Below, piece after piece: positions 25,818 through 39,247 of a stretch of 64,000 nucleotides of DNA. The notes under the pieces are model-generated. The model worked only from the letters and a program-made list of their open reading frames with translations, did no database searches and was not told the DNA's origin. The translations under genes were made by a program, and so were the position numbers. This stretch comes from Mobula birostris. Lineage: Eukaryota. The DNA lies in the NCBI RefSeq assembly GCF_030028105.1, contig NC_092376.1, forward strand, positions 116,682,230-116,746,229. Direction: 5' to 3'. The stretch's first letter is position 1, and each line of letters opens with the position of its first letter.

Positions 25818-26694
25818 TGTCATGGTCCAGTCCGTGAAGTCTGCATTCTGGTTCACGGCCCGGTCCATTGATCCTTGTTCTGGGTTTTCCTGTTTTCTCC
25901 CTTCTTCTGTTGGGTGCTTTAATTTTTCATTTTGGTCTGGCACATAAATACCTTTGCAAACCAGGGATTGTTTGCTGGACTGTTCCCTTCCCTTCCCCTT
26001 CCTTCTGAAGCATTCACCTGCAAACTTTGCCTGAAGCCTCGCCTGTAACCTCGCCTGTGTCCTTGCTTGTAACACAGACAGGTTCAACCACCAGAGCAAG
26101 ACCGGGGCCTTGCTGTGTCAAGATAAGGAGCAGTCTGTTGTTGTTTGGAATTGTCTCTTTGTGTCCTCGCCTTCGCTAGGTAGGTCCAGCCGTCTGCCGC
26201 TACTTTGAGTTAAGAACCGTCCCTTTGTGTCCTCGTCTCTTCTGGATAGGTCCGGCCGTTTGCCGCTACCTTGAGTGGAGAACTGTCTCTTTGTGTTCAG
26301 TGTTCTGTGTATAGAAAGAGCCCCGGCCCCTGGTCCTGTTTCCAAGGAGGGGTCCCAGCTCCGTGTTCCATGTTCCTGAGTTCCAAGCCCAAGGCTCCAA
26401 GGTTCCTAGCCCCACCACCAAGACTCAGGTTCTGGGTCCTTGTCCAGGCTCTAGTTCTGGAGTCCTTTGTCCCTAGTCCAGGCTCCTTGGTCCAAGTTCC
26501 TTGTCCAGGTTCCATGTTTCTTGTCCATGTCCTAGCCCAGACCCTGCACCCTAGTCTTGTCCAGGGCCTGTTTCAATGTCCAGCGTCCTTTCTTCCCCAC
26601 ATCCCCTGCTTTCTTGACACACTGAGTCCTGTTCCTAGTACTTCAGTATCTGTGTCTTGCATTTCGGTCCACTACCAATGCCCCCCAGATGCCA
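25818..26694 (+). mobile_element. Solo LTR of the mini-LTR family
   Basis: Starts TGTCATGGTCCAGTCCGTGAAG; TSD TCAAG/CCAAG; absent at the paralogous site ~14945. Confidence 0.88.
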
Positions 26695-28669
26695 CCAAGT
26701 TCTTGAAATATCACTGAACTTCTTCATTAAACATTGTGGACATGTTTCCACAAGGTGATGAAATCAGGATTACTTCTATCTATGTCACTGATTTGTTTAC
26801 CTTGTTGCAAATTCTATGAACAGACACAATATCACTATTATTGTCATATTATGTCTTTCTGTATTTTCATGACTTTGATTATCTTTAAGAACAAGAAATT
26901 AACTCAATTCCTAAACAACTGGTAATCAACTGAATAAATCTACAATCAGGATCTACATCTGATCATCACCACATCCCTGTCTGTGGAAATACGTACCCCA
27001 ATGGCTGTTCAGTGCCAAAAGCATTTTATTAAGTGCAAGTCTTACTTTCACTTTAACTGCAAACATTCCCAGCCTGCCTTATGCAAATATCTTCACCAAA
27101 TTTAAGGTTCTAAACATAAACATTTCAATTAAAATCAATTTCAATGCATACTTGTTACCATTTATATTCAACAGTGCAGTTTATCCAAACAAAACACATT
27201 GATATCAGAGATGTAAGTAAGCAACATCATTTCCATTGTATGTAATAAAGCATTTACTTGTGCTCAACAGAACTGTGTGCTTGTCTGTGTCACAGAAAAA
27301 CATTAAATTTATTTTTATGTTTTTCAATGCCTGTCATGCAATTTTATTCACTTCAAGTTTATACAACTTGTAGAAAAGATTACAGAGAACAGGTGGATAT
27401 TAAGCATTTTGACCATTGGAGGATTTTTAAACTGCCACAGTTAGACGTGATTAGAACACATTGGATTGGGGTTAATTTTGAAATCTGCATTGGTTAACAG
27501 AGAAAACAGAGATGGAATAAGCTTGAGTTAGGAAACTGCAAGTGGTTGAGATCCATAGTCATAGGGTTGGACCTTCTTCTCTTCATAATATATATCAAAG
27601 AGTTAGCTCAAGGGCAACATTTCCAAGATTTAACAATAGATGATTAACTGTGTGAGATTTACAGAGAATGCGAGGAGAAATCAGCGGGACAGGGAAGACT
27701 GGCTAAATAGACAAGGAGATGCTGAATAGAATATAATGTGGAGAAATGTGACATGATCCACTTCAGTAGGAACATCAGAAAAACAGGTTTTTCTTATATG
27801 GTGGAGTGATTGGGTATTCAAAGGATCTGGGTGTCTGTGTACATGGTCACTGAAAGCTTAGTAAGCCAATAGGCAGATAAAAAAGACTTGATCAGAAGAA
27901 ATAAATGTTGATACACAGCAGAGCTCAGATGAATAGGAGGAGAACTGATTGAAATGTATATAATTCTGAGAGGGCGTCAAAGGGCAGGTGTAAGAGATAC
28001 TTTGCCTGTAGGGATCATCATCTCAAAATATCAAAATAAGGCATCATCATTCAGGACTGAGATGCAATGAAATATATGAGGGAACAAGTTATATATTCTG
28101 CATTTTCCAATAGTGTAAGACCAAGAGGGATTGGGAGCACAGAGCAGCATGTGAAGAGGCTGCAAGGTTATATAAACAAGCTCAGTGAGAGGGCAAGAAA
28201 ATGACAAATGGAATACAATGTGAAAAAATTCAAAGCTTATCCATTCTAGTACAATGAATATAAAAATGAATTAATTATTAAATGGCAGTGATAAGGCAGT
28301 GTTTATTTTTCTAGAGACCAAAGTCTGATGTAGGTGCAAATGGTAGATTATCAGTTACAAGAGGATCTGAATACAGCAATGAGCAAGTCATGTTGTTCTT
28401 GTAGAATGGCTTGGAAAAAGCACCCCAGAATATAGTGGACCGTTTTGACCCCTGCCTAAGAAAGGATGTAATTGCCATTGGCAGAGTGCAATAATGATTC
28501 AGAATTGGTAGGGTTTCTAAATGAGAAGATATTGAGTAGATTGGGATTGTACTCTCTTCAACTTCAAAAACCATACAAAAACCTTCACGAACTTGGCAGA
28601 AAAAATGCAAGGAAGGTGTTTTCCCTGAATGAGGAATCTAGAACTTGAGACAGGCCAGCCAGAACTTAC

Positions 28670-28810
28670 ATGAGAAACAAGAGAAAATCTGCTGATGTTG
28701 CAAATCCAAGCAACACACACAAATTGCTGGAGGAACTCAGCTGGCCAGGCAGCATCTAAGGATAAGAGTACAGTTGAGGTTTTGGGCCGAGACCCTTCAT
28801 CAGAACTGTA
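28670..28810 (-). repeat. Short Penelope-associated repeat containing a type I hammerhead-like motif (28771-28808)
   Basis: Minus strand CAGTT-CTGATGA-AGGGTCTCGGCCC-AAAAC-CTC-AACTG. Confidence 0.65.
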
Positions 28811-28823
28811 CATAACATAAAAC

Positions 28824-31247
28824 TGTCATAAGGAGGTGGCTGGGAACGGACCCAAGTGCAAGACACAGACACTGAAGTAATAGGGACAGGACTAGGATAC
28901 AGGGTGAGGGCAAGGACATGCACACGAAAACCGGGAACCCGGAACATTGCAGGACAAAAGAGCTAGGAGCCAGGGCTTGGACTCCGAGCCAGAGACTGGA
29001 CAAGGACCCAGAACCTGGGTCTTGCCTCTGGCTCGAACCCCAGAACTAGACAAGGACGTGACTTGGCTGGCAGGCAGGATGAGGCTGGATTCTTCAGGCT
29101 GGAGACTTAAGGCGAGGCTAGAGACCTGAGTCTTGAGGCGAGGCTAGAGACCTGAGACTTGAGATCAGATACTTGAGGCAAGGCTAGAGACCAGGGGCTT
29201 GAGATCAGTTACTTGAGGTGAGGCTTGAGGCCAGAGACTTGAGGCGAGGCTGGGGACCAGAGACTTGAGGCGAGGCTGGGGACCAGAGGCTTGAGGCTTG
29301 GGGTCTTGAAGCTTGGTTTGGGGCGAGGCTCGGCTAGAGATTTGAGGTGAGGCTTGGCTAGAGACTTGAGGCGAGGCTCGGCTAGAGGCTTGGGGTCTTC
29401 AAGCTCCTCCTGGGCAGGGCGCGGATCACCTGGGTAGGGCACGGATCTCCAACCAATGGAGGCAAGGGACAGGAAGGGACAGAACCCACTTCAGGGTAAT
29501 GGTAATCTGGCCTGATTTACCCGGCGGAGGCAAGGGACAGGAAGGGACCTAGATACAGGGTGGCTCCAAGACAAGACTTCAGGCGAGGTGAGGCAAGAGT
29601 TAGCGGCAAGACAAGGCAAGATTTCAGGCAATGCAAGGCGAAATAAGAACTTCGGGTGAGGCGAGGCAAGAGTTGCCGGCAAGACAAGGCAAGGCTTCAG
29701 GCAAGGAAACAGAATGCAGGGGAAGGGATACAAGGAGTAAGGACAAGAACAATCCAGCAGCCACGCCCTGGAGGTATTTATGCAGCCAGCCCCAGTGAGA
29801 ATCAGCTGCCTCAATTAGGGTTCAACAAGGACAAAAACAGGGTAGACAGGCAAACCTGGAGCAAGAGTCGATGGTCCGGACCGTGAACCAGAATGCAGAC
29901 TTCACGGACCGGCCCATGACAGTTCCCCCCTCTACGGGAGCCTCCAGGTGACCAAACAAGCTATCCAGACTATGGATGACCCGGGCAAGTGGGAGGGTAT
30001 TTCACAGAAGAGAACCCTGGGTGGCAAAAGGAAAATGATAGTGTCTGTGTCACTGGGTCCATGGTTGGTTGGATTGTTCTGTCATAGGGAGGTGGCTGGG
30101 AACAGACCCAAGTGCAAGACACATAGTACTAGGGACAAGACTAGGATACAGGGTGAGGGCTAGGGCATGGACACAAAAACTGGGAACCTGGAACAGGACA
30201 GGACAAGAGAGCTAGGAGCCAGGGTTTGGACTCCGAGCCAGAGACCGGACAAGGACCCAGAATCTGGGTCTTTCCTCTGGCTCGGACCCCAGAACTAGGC
30301 AAGGACGTGACTTGGCTGGCAGGCAGGACGAGGCTGGAGTCTTCAGGCTTGAGACTTGAGGTGAGGCTTCGAATCAGAGACTTGAGGCAAGACTTAGGAC
30401 CAGAGACTTGAGGTGAGGCTTGAGACCAGGGGCTTGAGACCAGAGACTTGAGTCGAGGCTTGAGGCCAGAGACTTGAGGCGAGGCTGGGGACCAGAGACT
30501 TGAGGCGAGGCTGGGGACCAGAGACTTGAGGCGAGGCTGGGGACCAGAGACTTGAGACTAGAGACTTGAGGTGAGGCTTGAGGCTTGGGGTCTTGAAGCT
30601 TGGCTTGGGGCGAGACTCGGTTAGAGACTTGAGGCGAGGCTCAGCCAGAGTCTTGAGGTGAGGCTCGGCCAGAGTCTTGAGGCGAGGCTTGGCTGGAGGC
30701 TTGGGGTCTTGAAGCTCCTCCTGGGCAGGGCGCGGTACTCCTGGGCAGGGTGCGGATCACCTGGGCAGGGCGCAGATCTCCGCATGATGGAGGCAAGGGA
30801 CAGGAAGGGACAGAACTAATTGCAGGGTAATGGCAATCTGGCCTGGCTTACCCGGTGGAGGCAAAGGACAGGAAGGGTCCTAGATACAGGGTGGCTCCAA
30901 GACAAGACTTCAGGCGAGGCGAGGCAAGAATTACCGGCAAGACAAGGCAAGGCTTCAGGCAATGCAAGGCGAGACAAGAACTTCGGGCGAGGTGAGGTGA
31001 GAGTTACCAGCAAGACAAGGCAAGGCTTCTGGCAAGGAAACAGAAGGCAGGAGAAGGGATACAAGGAGTAAGGACAAGAACAATCCAGCAGCCAAGCCCT
31101 GCTCTCTGGAGGTATTTATGCAGCCAGCCCCAACGAGAATCAGCTGCCTCAATTAGCGCTCAACAGGAACAGAAACAGGGTAGACAGGAAAACCTGGAGC
31201 AAGGGTCGATGAACCAGAATGTGGACTTCACGGATTGGACCATGACA
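28824..31247 (-). mobile_element. Second LTR-heavy mini-retrotransposon: LTR 30080-31247, 158-bp internal, LTR 28824-29921
   Basis: TG...CA ends; perfect 5-bp TSD AAAAC (28819-28823 and 31248-31252). Internal on minus: GAACAATCCAACCAACCATGGACCCAG ... GGTCACCTGGAGGCTCCCGTAGAGGGGGGAAC. Confidence 0.93.
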
Positions 31248-31674
31248 AAAACCATAGGACATAGGAGCAGAATGAGGCCTTTCAGCCCATTGACCCTGCT
31301 TCGCCATTCTATCATGGCTGATCAAGAATCCCACTTAACCTCATTCACTTGCCTTCTCGCCATATCCTGTGATGCCCTGACCAATCAAAAAGTGATCAAC
31401 TTCTGCCTTAAATATATGCACAGACTTGGCCTCTGCTGGAGTCTGTGGCAGAGCATTACACAGATCTTCTACTCTCTGGCTAAAAAAAATTCCTCCTTAC
31501 CTCTGTTGTAAAGAGTCACCCTGAATCTTGAGGCTGTGCTCCCATCGGAGGAGACATCCGCTCGACATCCACCCTATCTAGCCCTTTCAACATTCTGTAG
31601 CTTTCAATGATTTCTTCCCACATTTTTCCAAATTCCAGTGAGTACAGGCCCAAAGCTGCCAAACGCTCCTCACA

Positions 31675-31770
31675 TGTCCTTTTAGCGGCTGCGGACACGT
31701 GCTGATTAGAACAAATGGAGACAAAGTAACTTCTGTAACATCCCAGAGATATAAACTTCGTGGTAGAATT
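31675..31770 (+). pseudogene. Isolated 96-nt TIM IgV fragment (CC' loop to D strand)
   Basis: Translates CPFSGCGHVLIRTNGDKVTSVTSQRYKLRGRI, close to copy 2 (CPLSGCGHVLIGTNGDRVTSVTSQRYSLGGRI) but on the opposite strand. Flanked by a CR1 fragment and a Gypsy integrase fragment. Confidence 0.9.
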
Positions 31771-34700
31771 ACAAACACACCTTTTGTGTGACTTTGATCG
31801 GATTCTAATGTAAGAAAGTCCATGCAGACCAGCAGCAAGGGTCAAGTTCTCACAATATTCACTAATGGAGCAGCTCACTCAGATAGGGACTTTCTTCTTA
31901 TGCCTCAACTGCATGCTTCAATCTTGTATTCCACATCAGCAGCCATCTTGGGCAAATAGAATCGGTTTCTGACTAAATCTAGGATACGATCAATACCCAT
32001 GTGACCAAAGCCATTGTGAAGACTCAAATACACCAGATTGAAACTTTTCAGGTAAAAGAAGCTGGTATGTTGTTTAATCTCTAGTTAATCTCTTCCTGTA
32101 GAGAATCTGTCTTTTAGCTCTGGACAATCCCATTCTGAGAAGGTAGGGGAGTCTGGGAAATGCGTTTCTCACTGAAGGGGATGGCTTTTCACCAGTTTCC
32201 ATCTGCTTGATGACTTCTCCAATACAAGGATCTGCGAACTGGGAGTTTGTAATAGAGCATCAGAAAGATGAGAAATGACTGGTAATCCCCCACACTGATC
32301 TTCTGCCTAACTGTCAGGAATAGCACTTGAATGCATCGTTAAGCATTGAACATATGCAATGGCAACATCTGCGCCAGGTTCTGTCTGTTGGATAAGACCA
32401 CTCTCTCATGTAGCTTGCTCAACATCAGCGCTAACCTCAATCACATCACCTGAGTTCACTAGATGACTTTCAGTAAACTTCAAGATGCGTTCCACTCTTT
32501 CTGGCACTTTGTTTCACCGAGTGACATCTTGGAGCTTTTGGGACTTGCTTTGTCAACATCACTTTCCATCTGTCACCCAACAGGAACCGCTTCTAGTTTA
32601 AAATGAAGCTTGGGAGTACTATGACGAGACTCCCACTCACTCCATCTCTTTTCAAGATGTCTTCTCTTTTCCGCTACTAATGCCGGATTGGGTTCATAGC
32701 AGCAAGCGCTGTCTATGTGTCCATCTTCACCACATTTAAAACAGAACCAAGATTTCAGTTTGACACTTGGCTGTTTGTTAGTGTCTGTGGACTCTTGTTT
32801 ATCCATTGTGTCAGCCTTTTCTTTTGGTGGCGTATCACTTGCTGTCTTAGAGCTCACTTTTACCTTCTGCTATTTCTTAGCTTGTAGAATAGTTAGTTGA
32901 ATCTTAAGCCAAGTGATTTGTTTAGTCAGTTGAGAAGTAATTAAAATTAGCTGCACTACATCATCTTTACAGGCACCTGCGGTCTGAGACTGTATAACGG
33001 CACGTTGTGTGACTGCTCATACATGCTGCCTCATGTGTGCGGTTCTGGAAGCATGCTTGTCTTCCTCGGTACATAGAAATGTCAATAGTTCAGTAAATGA
33101 TGGCGTGTTTTGTTTTTTTTCCTGTTCCAGGTGCAGCTCTACCATTGGGGTGTTGTCCCAACATCCCCTACAAAATTGCTTTAAAAGATGCTTGTTAGTG
33201 CCAGTTTTGGCTACTCTACCTCGCTTTACAGTCAGTGGCAATGCTACCTATATGTTAAAGGACGATGCGGTGGTACGAACCCAAGTGATGAACACAGGCA
33301 CGGAGGCCGAGTCGGGAGGCGTTATGGTCGTAGCAAGCGTGGAATTGGTGTCCAGAGAGAGTCTTTAGCCGAAGTCTTGGTTTTAGTAGAAAATTCAATA
33401 ACGATGCTAGCCTTGGAACTGATAGTCCTAAGAAACATGGAACGAGGCTACTCTTACAAGAGTTGACCAACGAACTGGCAAGTCCTTGTTGTGGTCACAG
33501 GGTCTTTATCCTGTAGTTTCTGATGGGAAGCAGGTGTGTGTACTTAGTGGAACCTGGGAATGATTGGAATTTAAATGAGGTGATTGAGGCCCAATTCCTG
33601 AGGTAAATGGCATGGTGGGGGATTGCCAGGAGGGACCATGACACTATAGCCGCTGTAGGTAGACAGACAGTTTTTCACCTGTGTTCTGTATCGTGTTCAT
33701 GAACATGGTGAATCATTCATCTCCATCTTCCAGAGTGGCAAAAGCTGAATCTAGGAGTTGTACGTAAGTCGCGAGTGAAGCTCCAGGGCTTATTGACTTG
33801 ATGATGTCAGAAGCTGGTGGAAGAATACTTTCACATATTTTCCATGTTCTCTGAAGATCAGACACACTTGGGTCTTGCAAGAGCAGTTCAACACTAGTAC
33901 GCCAAGTCTCATAATCCGCCTCATTAGCTGGATGAGGGGTTCTACCAGAAAAAAAAAATCCAGAGCCTTACTGGTGGATTGCCATGAGCCATCAAGTCAT
34001 TACTATGCACAATGTGCTCCACTACGATTCTTTGAATATCTGGAGGGTTTAGATCATTGGAAGAGCGGGATGGGTTCACTGCAAATCCATTAGTTTGTAT
34101 TACAGGGATTGAGTTATTCTGCAAAGCAGTTAGAGCTGTTTCTGGCTGGTTAGCATCAGAGGAGTCAGTTCTGAATTGAAGATTTGTGGTCTTGTTATGT
34201 ACATCTTCAGCAATTTGAACAGTGACTATATCCCCACTATCGATAGTAAGGGTTTCACTAATCTGGGTTAACATTTCTCTCAAGATTTCATTATAATCTT
34301 CTCCCACTGTGCTTTGCTAAGGTTTTCAACTCACCAAGGTAAGCTTGAGTGGTGTCTTTTCCAAGTTTTTGGGCACTGCTTGCCAGTTGAGTGTACAGCA
34401 AGGGCTGGAGATCTTGCACGGCAGAATCAAAATCGTTCTCTACTATGAGGGTCTTAAGAAATTCTGCACCGGAGTCAGTTAGAGGAATAATTCTGGCAAC
34501 TGAGGCATATTCTTTTAGGAAGTCTACTATTTCTTCGTCTTTTTCTGTTCCTGTTATGCCACTGACTAAAGCAGCATTTGAGATTTTGATACCCTTTTCT
34601 CTATGACTTCCATTTATTTTCACTGCAGATCTTAATTGAATAAGTGAGTTTGAACAATAGATTATTTTAGTGCTTTGCATACTAATCAGTGAGTTATGGT

Positions 34701-34850
34701 TATCTAACGCACTGCGTCCTGGGGTCTCGCCAAGTTTTATGTAGCACCTGTGTAGCGCTTGTCTTGTCTTGTGTGACTGGTCACCGCATTCTTTGAGAAA
34801 AATCAAATTACATAGTACTACACTAGGTGCTAGTAGGCATCAGAAGCTCT
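31771..34850 (-). mobile_element. Degraded Gypsy (PNMA-like gag, zinc knuckle, truncated integrase)
   Basis: CFKCGEDGHIDSAC in ORF 32573-32857; GHMGIDRILDLVRNRFYLPKM at ~31940-32010; LVCMDFLTLESDQSHTKGVFVI ends at the junction with the TIM fragment. RT not seen. Confidence 0.85.
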
Positions 34851-37800
34851 AGACATCGGAAGGAGACAGTGAGTAGAAAACACATACTTCTGGAGGTAAG
34901 CTTTGTTTATATAGAATCAGTGATATTCATTAGAATAACCTTTATTACTCCAATTTCTCTTTACTAAATAGATCTAGCGTTATTGCCTATTTAAAGGTTT
35001 AATGGATTACAATAGGTACATTTAATGTCAGAGAAATGTATACAATATACATCCTGAAATTCGAGAACATAGGAGTACCCCAAAGAATGAATGATAGTTA
35101 AACATTAGAACCCCAAAGCCCCCCCGACAGCTGCCCCCTCCCACACACAAGCAGCAGCAAGGCAATGACTCCCCCCCACACCACCAAAACAACATCTGCA
35201 CCCTCCACTGAGCACGCAAGCATGCAGCAAGGCATCAATAAAGACACAGACTTGTAGTATCTCAAAGACTACCCATTCATTTGGTAATTCGACATACCAC
35301 AGGCTCTCTCTCTCTCTCTACCTAATAAAGGAGGGGCCATTTCACGGTGAAAGGGGAGACATAACAAGCAGCTCGCTGATATATGATGTTAAAAGTCTGT
35401 TGTGTCACTTTTTCCGAGCTCTGTGCCCAGAGAGATGGCCCCACAAAGGCTCAGGTCTCTGTATACACAGCCCATGGCAGCTGACCCACTGCTCCCGATG
35501 TTCCGTGTTCTCCCACGATGTCTCAGTCAGGGGCATTGGCCTAGAATCAGCCCATCTCCAGGGCCACGAAAATCCGGCACCCTGAAGGTGCGCTTGTCTT
35601 CCAGGCGGCGTCTTTGAGATATCAGAAAGCTGGTGGTCATGAGATCCCGAGAGAGGGTCCAATTCCCGCAAAGAACCGCAGTCAGTGTAACTCCAGGTCA
35701 GAGTCTTCAAAAGAACCTTAAAAAAGGAAAAAAGAGATAGTTTACAGACTAACATTTCCTTTTTATTTATCCCTAGTTAGAAAACTAATTGAATTCCTTA
35801 TTATGGTTAACTTCAGTTTCAGTTCAGCTCAGTATGTCAACAATTCAAATTAAAAAATTACATATCTATACAGCGTAACTCCTTTCACGTCAACTCTCCA
35901 ACATCACAACTTTTAAACAAAGTAAATCTCATTCAGTAACTTATCAAAGCCTTGCAAAAATAATCAGTTCTTGCAGAAAATCAAATTCAGATCTTTTGAA
36001 AGAAAATAAACTTATACATCCAACGGTATTAAATCTTCTACGTCATGAAACATTTTGTTCCCGTGCTGGTTCTTCGAACTCCATTGGCTCGCCATCTTGT
36101 TTCTTGTTTCGTTGGATGAAATAGCTGATCATCCACAGAAAGTCAGTTCACAAAACTTGTACGAAAAAAAACTTGACCAAATCCCTTGGTTTGACTGAAT
36201 GGAACTAATTCCCGGTTACACAGTAGAGATCTTGGACACTGGTCTCTGCTGATATTGCCTCATTACAGCTGCTGCTTGTTATAGCCATAGCTTCAATAGA
36301 TCTTTTATCGCTATCATCTCTCCTCCAGGAATTTCACCCTGAGGTTTTCAACTAAGTAGGGTAAAGATACTTACCACTAATTCCACTTTTAACAGTTTTA
36401 TGTCTTTAATTTCTAACAGTTTGCTGCATTGATCTCGCTTTTCCATTCTGTATCAGTCATGACTCATTCTCGCTTAGCTTTTTCTCCCTCAAGTTCTTTT
36501 TTATACAATTCCATAAACCTTATTTTCATCCCTCCACACGTGGAGCTTTCTAACATTACATCTTTGGGTGACGCAGCGTGCAGCAGCCACTCCAGAATGA
36601 ATATCTGTTATCTGTCAAGTAAGATGCCGTGCACAATCCTGATTTGATGGAGACAGATGTAAGAAGCACAGAGGAATATCTGGAGAAACTTCTGAAATGC
36701 CTGTTTCGCTGCTGCTGCTCCTGTGCGATCCAGAATCTCCAGAGGGGAAGGCCCCAAATCCTCGGCTTTGCCTGTTGCTTGGTGGCCAGGGCTGGGGTCG
36801 AAATGCTTGGCAGATGATGGTGGTCGGTGTCGGAGGCTCGAAGTTTTCAGACGGACTCAGAGTCGGCTGTGGTCGGGTGCTTCCAGGATGCTGCATCGGC
36901 AAGCTTGCGGCGCTGGAAGCTCATCGCAGGGAGAGTTTTTCTTCCTTCTACTGTCTGCGTGAGATGATGGGGCAATCGGGACTATGAGACACTTTTTTTT
37001 ACCGTGCCCATGGTCTGTTCTTTATCAAATAACGGTATTGCTTTGCACTGTTCTAACTATATGTTATAATTATGTGGTTTTTGTCAGTTTTAGTCTTGGT
37101 CTGTCAGGTGTTTCTGTGATATCATACTGGAGGAACATTGTATCATTTCTTAATGCATGCATTACTAAATGACAATAAACGAGGACTGAGTGTCCTCATA
37201 ATTTAATGTAATCTAATTAATCTGGGTTACGTTTTGATTGATTTATTTTAGTGACCATGTGTACCAGCATGAGGTGTGTTACTTGTGTAGCCCCTTTTGT
37301 ACAAACGTGTACATTAAAGGATGCAATAGGCCTTTATGTGATTCACTGCTTTAGCCTTTTGTTTAATACCATTGGCTTTGGCACAGACTTGAGTTTGTAG
37401 TATTTATATGGTTAGCCTTAATTTTCCATGTAAACCCGAGGCACTGATGCGCTTTATTATGCTGGTGTAGTAACTTTATCTAATGCACTTTATTCAGTCT
37501 GATGATATCTCAGGAGCTGCATTTTATGTGAAATCTGACTTGCCTCTCTATGTACAATGTTTTTAACAAAACTGCTGTTTGTTAATAAAATTTGTTATAA
37601 TTTAAACTGCCTGGTTGGACTGCCTGCCGTAAAGGTGTACAGAACCTGTCTGTAATCCTGGCTGAGTGGTTACAGGTTGGCTCCGCGAGCTCTGGGTCTT
37701 AATTGGAGAAGGGGAGTCTATGGAGAGAGGCATGTTGATCTGCACAGTGCTTCAAGTTGTGGTGCTGAAGTCAAGTTGTGGGACTAAAGCAGCGGCCACA

Positions 37801-39247
37801 TGGAAGTCGGGTGAGTGGAACCACTGCAGGAGAGCTGCCGTCATCATTTCGACACCAGTTTACTTATTCAGCTGCGTGGGGTTGGTGAAACGACATTAAT
37901 ACATTTTGTTTTGTTTTTCTGGTCTATTTGTTTGCCACATATATAGAGAATGTCTAACACTGATGTGTTGCAAAATTGCAAGCTCTTAGAGCAAGGGTAC
38001 AGGCAGGTGAGGAAGCTATGATATAGTAGAGAGAAACAGAGGAAGCTTTGTTGCACAGTTAGGGGAACAGTGACTGGCCTCTTCCTTGCCTTCCCCTCAG
38101 GTGACAGGCATGCCAGCAGGCAGGATGAATCCGCTCAGGCTAGGGAGTGTGTTCTATATTTGCTGAAAGAGAGAAAGTGTAGGGTTTTCTCCGGGGGTTC
38201 CAGTGCTGTGTATTATGAGTGGCTAGATGACCTGATTTCAGTGTTAAACCTTCGTCCCTTTTCTAGTGCACAAAAGGCAGCCTACATTTATGAATATTTA
38301 GGAGGGCAGGCAAGGCAGGGGACCAAGTATCGCCCATCATTCAAGTGGTCAGAACCTGAACGCATTTTGGAGATCCTTAGAGATATATGGACAGTAGTAC
38401 AGTGATTTTGTTCTGCGTGACCAATTTACTCGACAATGAGTTTGTGGTCCTGACAGATAACAACCCTTTGAGCCATCTGCAGACCGCAAGATAGAGCTGC
38501 AGAGCTCACCGCATTTGACTTCCAGATTATTTACCGTCCTGGCCGTCAGAATGCAGCTGCAGATGCCCTGTCAAGGTAGCACTTGGGACTTACCTCTTCT
38601 GAAGGTTTGGCCATGGACTGACTACCTTCCTGAGGCTTATGGCGCTCCTTTGGCCCATTGTCTGGTAGCAGTCAATGAAGAGCAAGTGACAACCCCGGGT
38701 TTAGACTTGGAGGAGACCAACAGCTTCCCCACCATGTATTACCCAGCTGAGCGCTGATAAATCGGTGTATACAGAAGAATCCGTGGATTCCTCACAGCCC
38801 CCTAGAAATCTCCATCATTCTGAACTTCGACCATGCAGCAATGGCAATGAAGGACAAAGGACAACCAGAGAATCTTGCACTGAGTGGGTCGCTATTGTGC
38901 CAAAGAGTAATGAAGAGACAGACTTTGAGAGTGTAGTGTGTCTCCAGGCTCCCTATGGGACAGAGAATGTATGGCAGGTAACAGCTTGGTACTAGATCAA
39001 TTAGGATATGAGAGCTCTGGGCAGGAGAAGCAGGACTCCTCAGGGTCCGAAGAGGAGGGAGGGAGAGAAGGCTCCCCAGTGCCCCCCACACCCCTTCCCC
39101 CCTTCCCCAGAAATTGAAGCGGACCACCGCTAGCATCCATTACAATCAATTCAACTTATCGAGGTCTGTCATCCGTCTCCAAAGTGGAGAGAGTGGGGCT
39201 GCATGAGGTAGCGCATAGTAGTAACTATAGGCAGGTTGTCATAATAC

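Larger units (their letters stand above)
540..31674. repeat. Tandem segmental duplication, about 2.5 units carrying TIM cassettes
   Basis: Colinear matches: 4140-7315 with 22300-25643; 14774-16488 with 25643-25817 + 26695-28215; 18511-19110 with 28215-28810; 540-930 with 15780-16140 and 27520-27900. IgV exon offset is 18111 nt. Confidence 0.9.

Noticed and set aside
35760-36600. Possible L1 ORF1 remnant on the minus strand
   Set aside because: Only vague coiled-coil-like text with many stops; no motif I can support.
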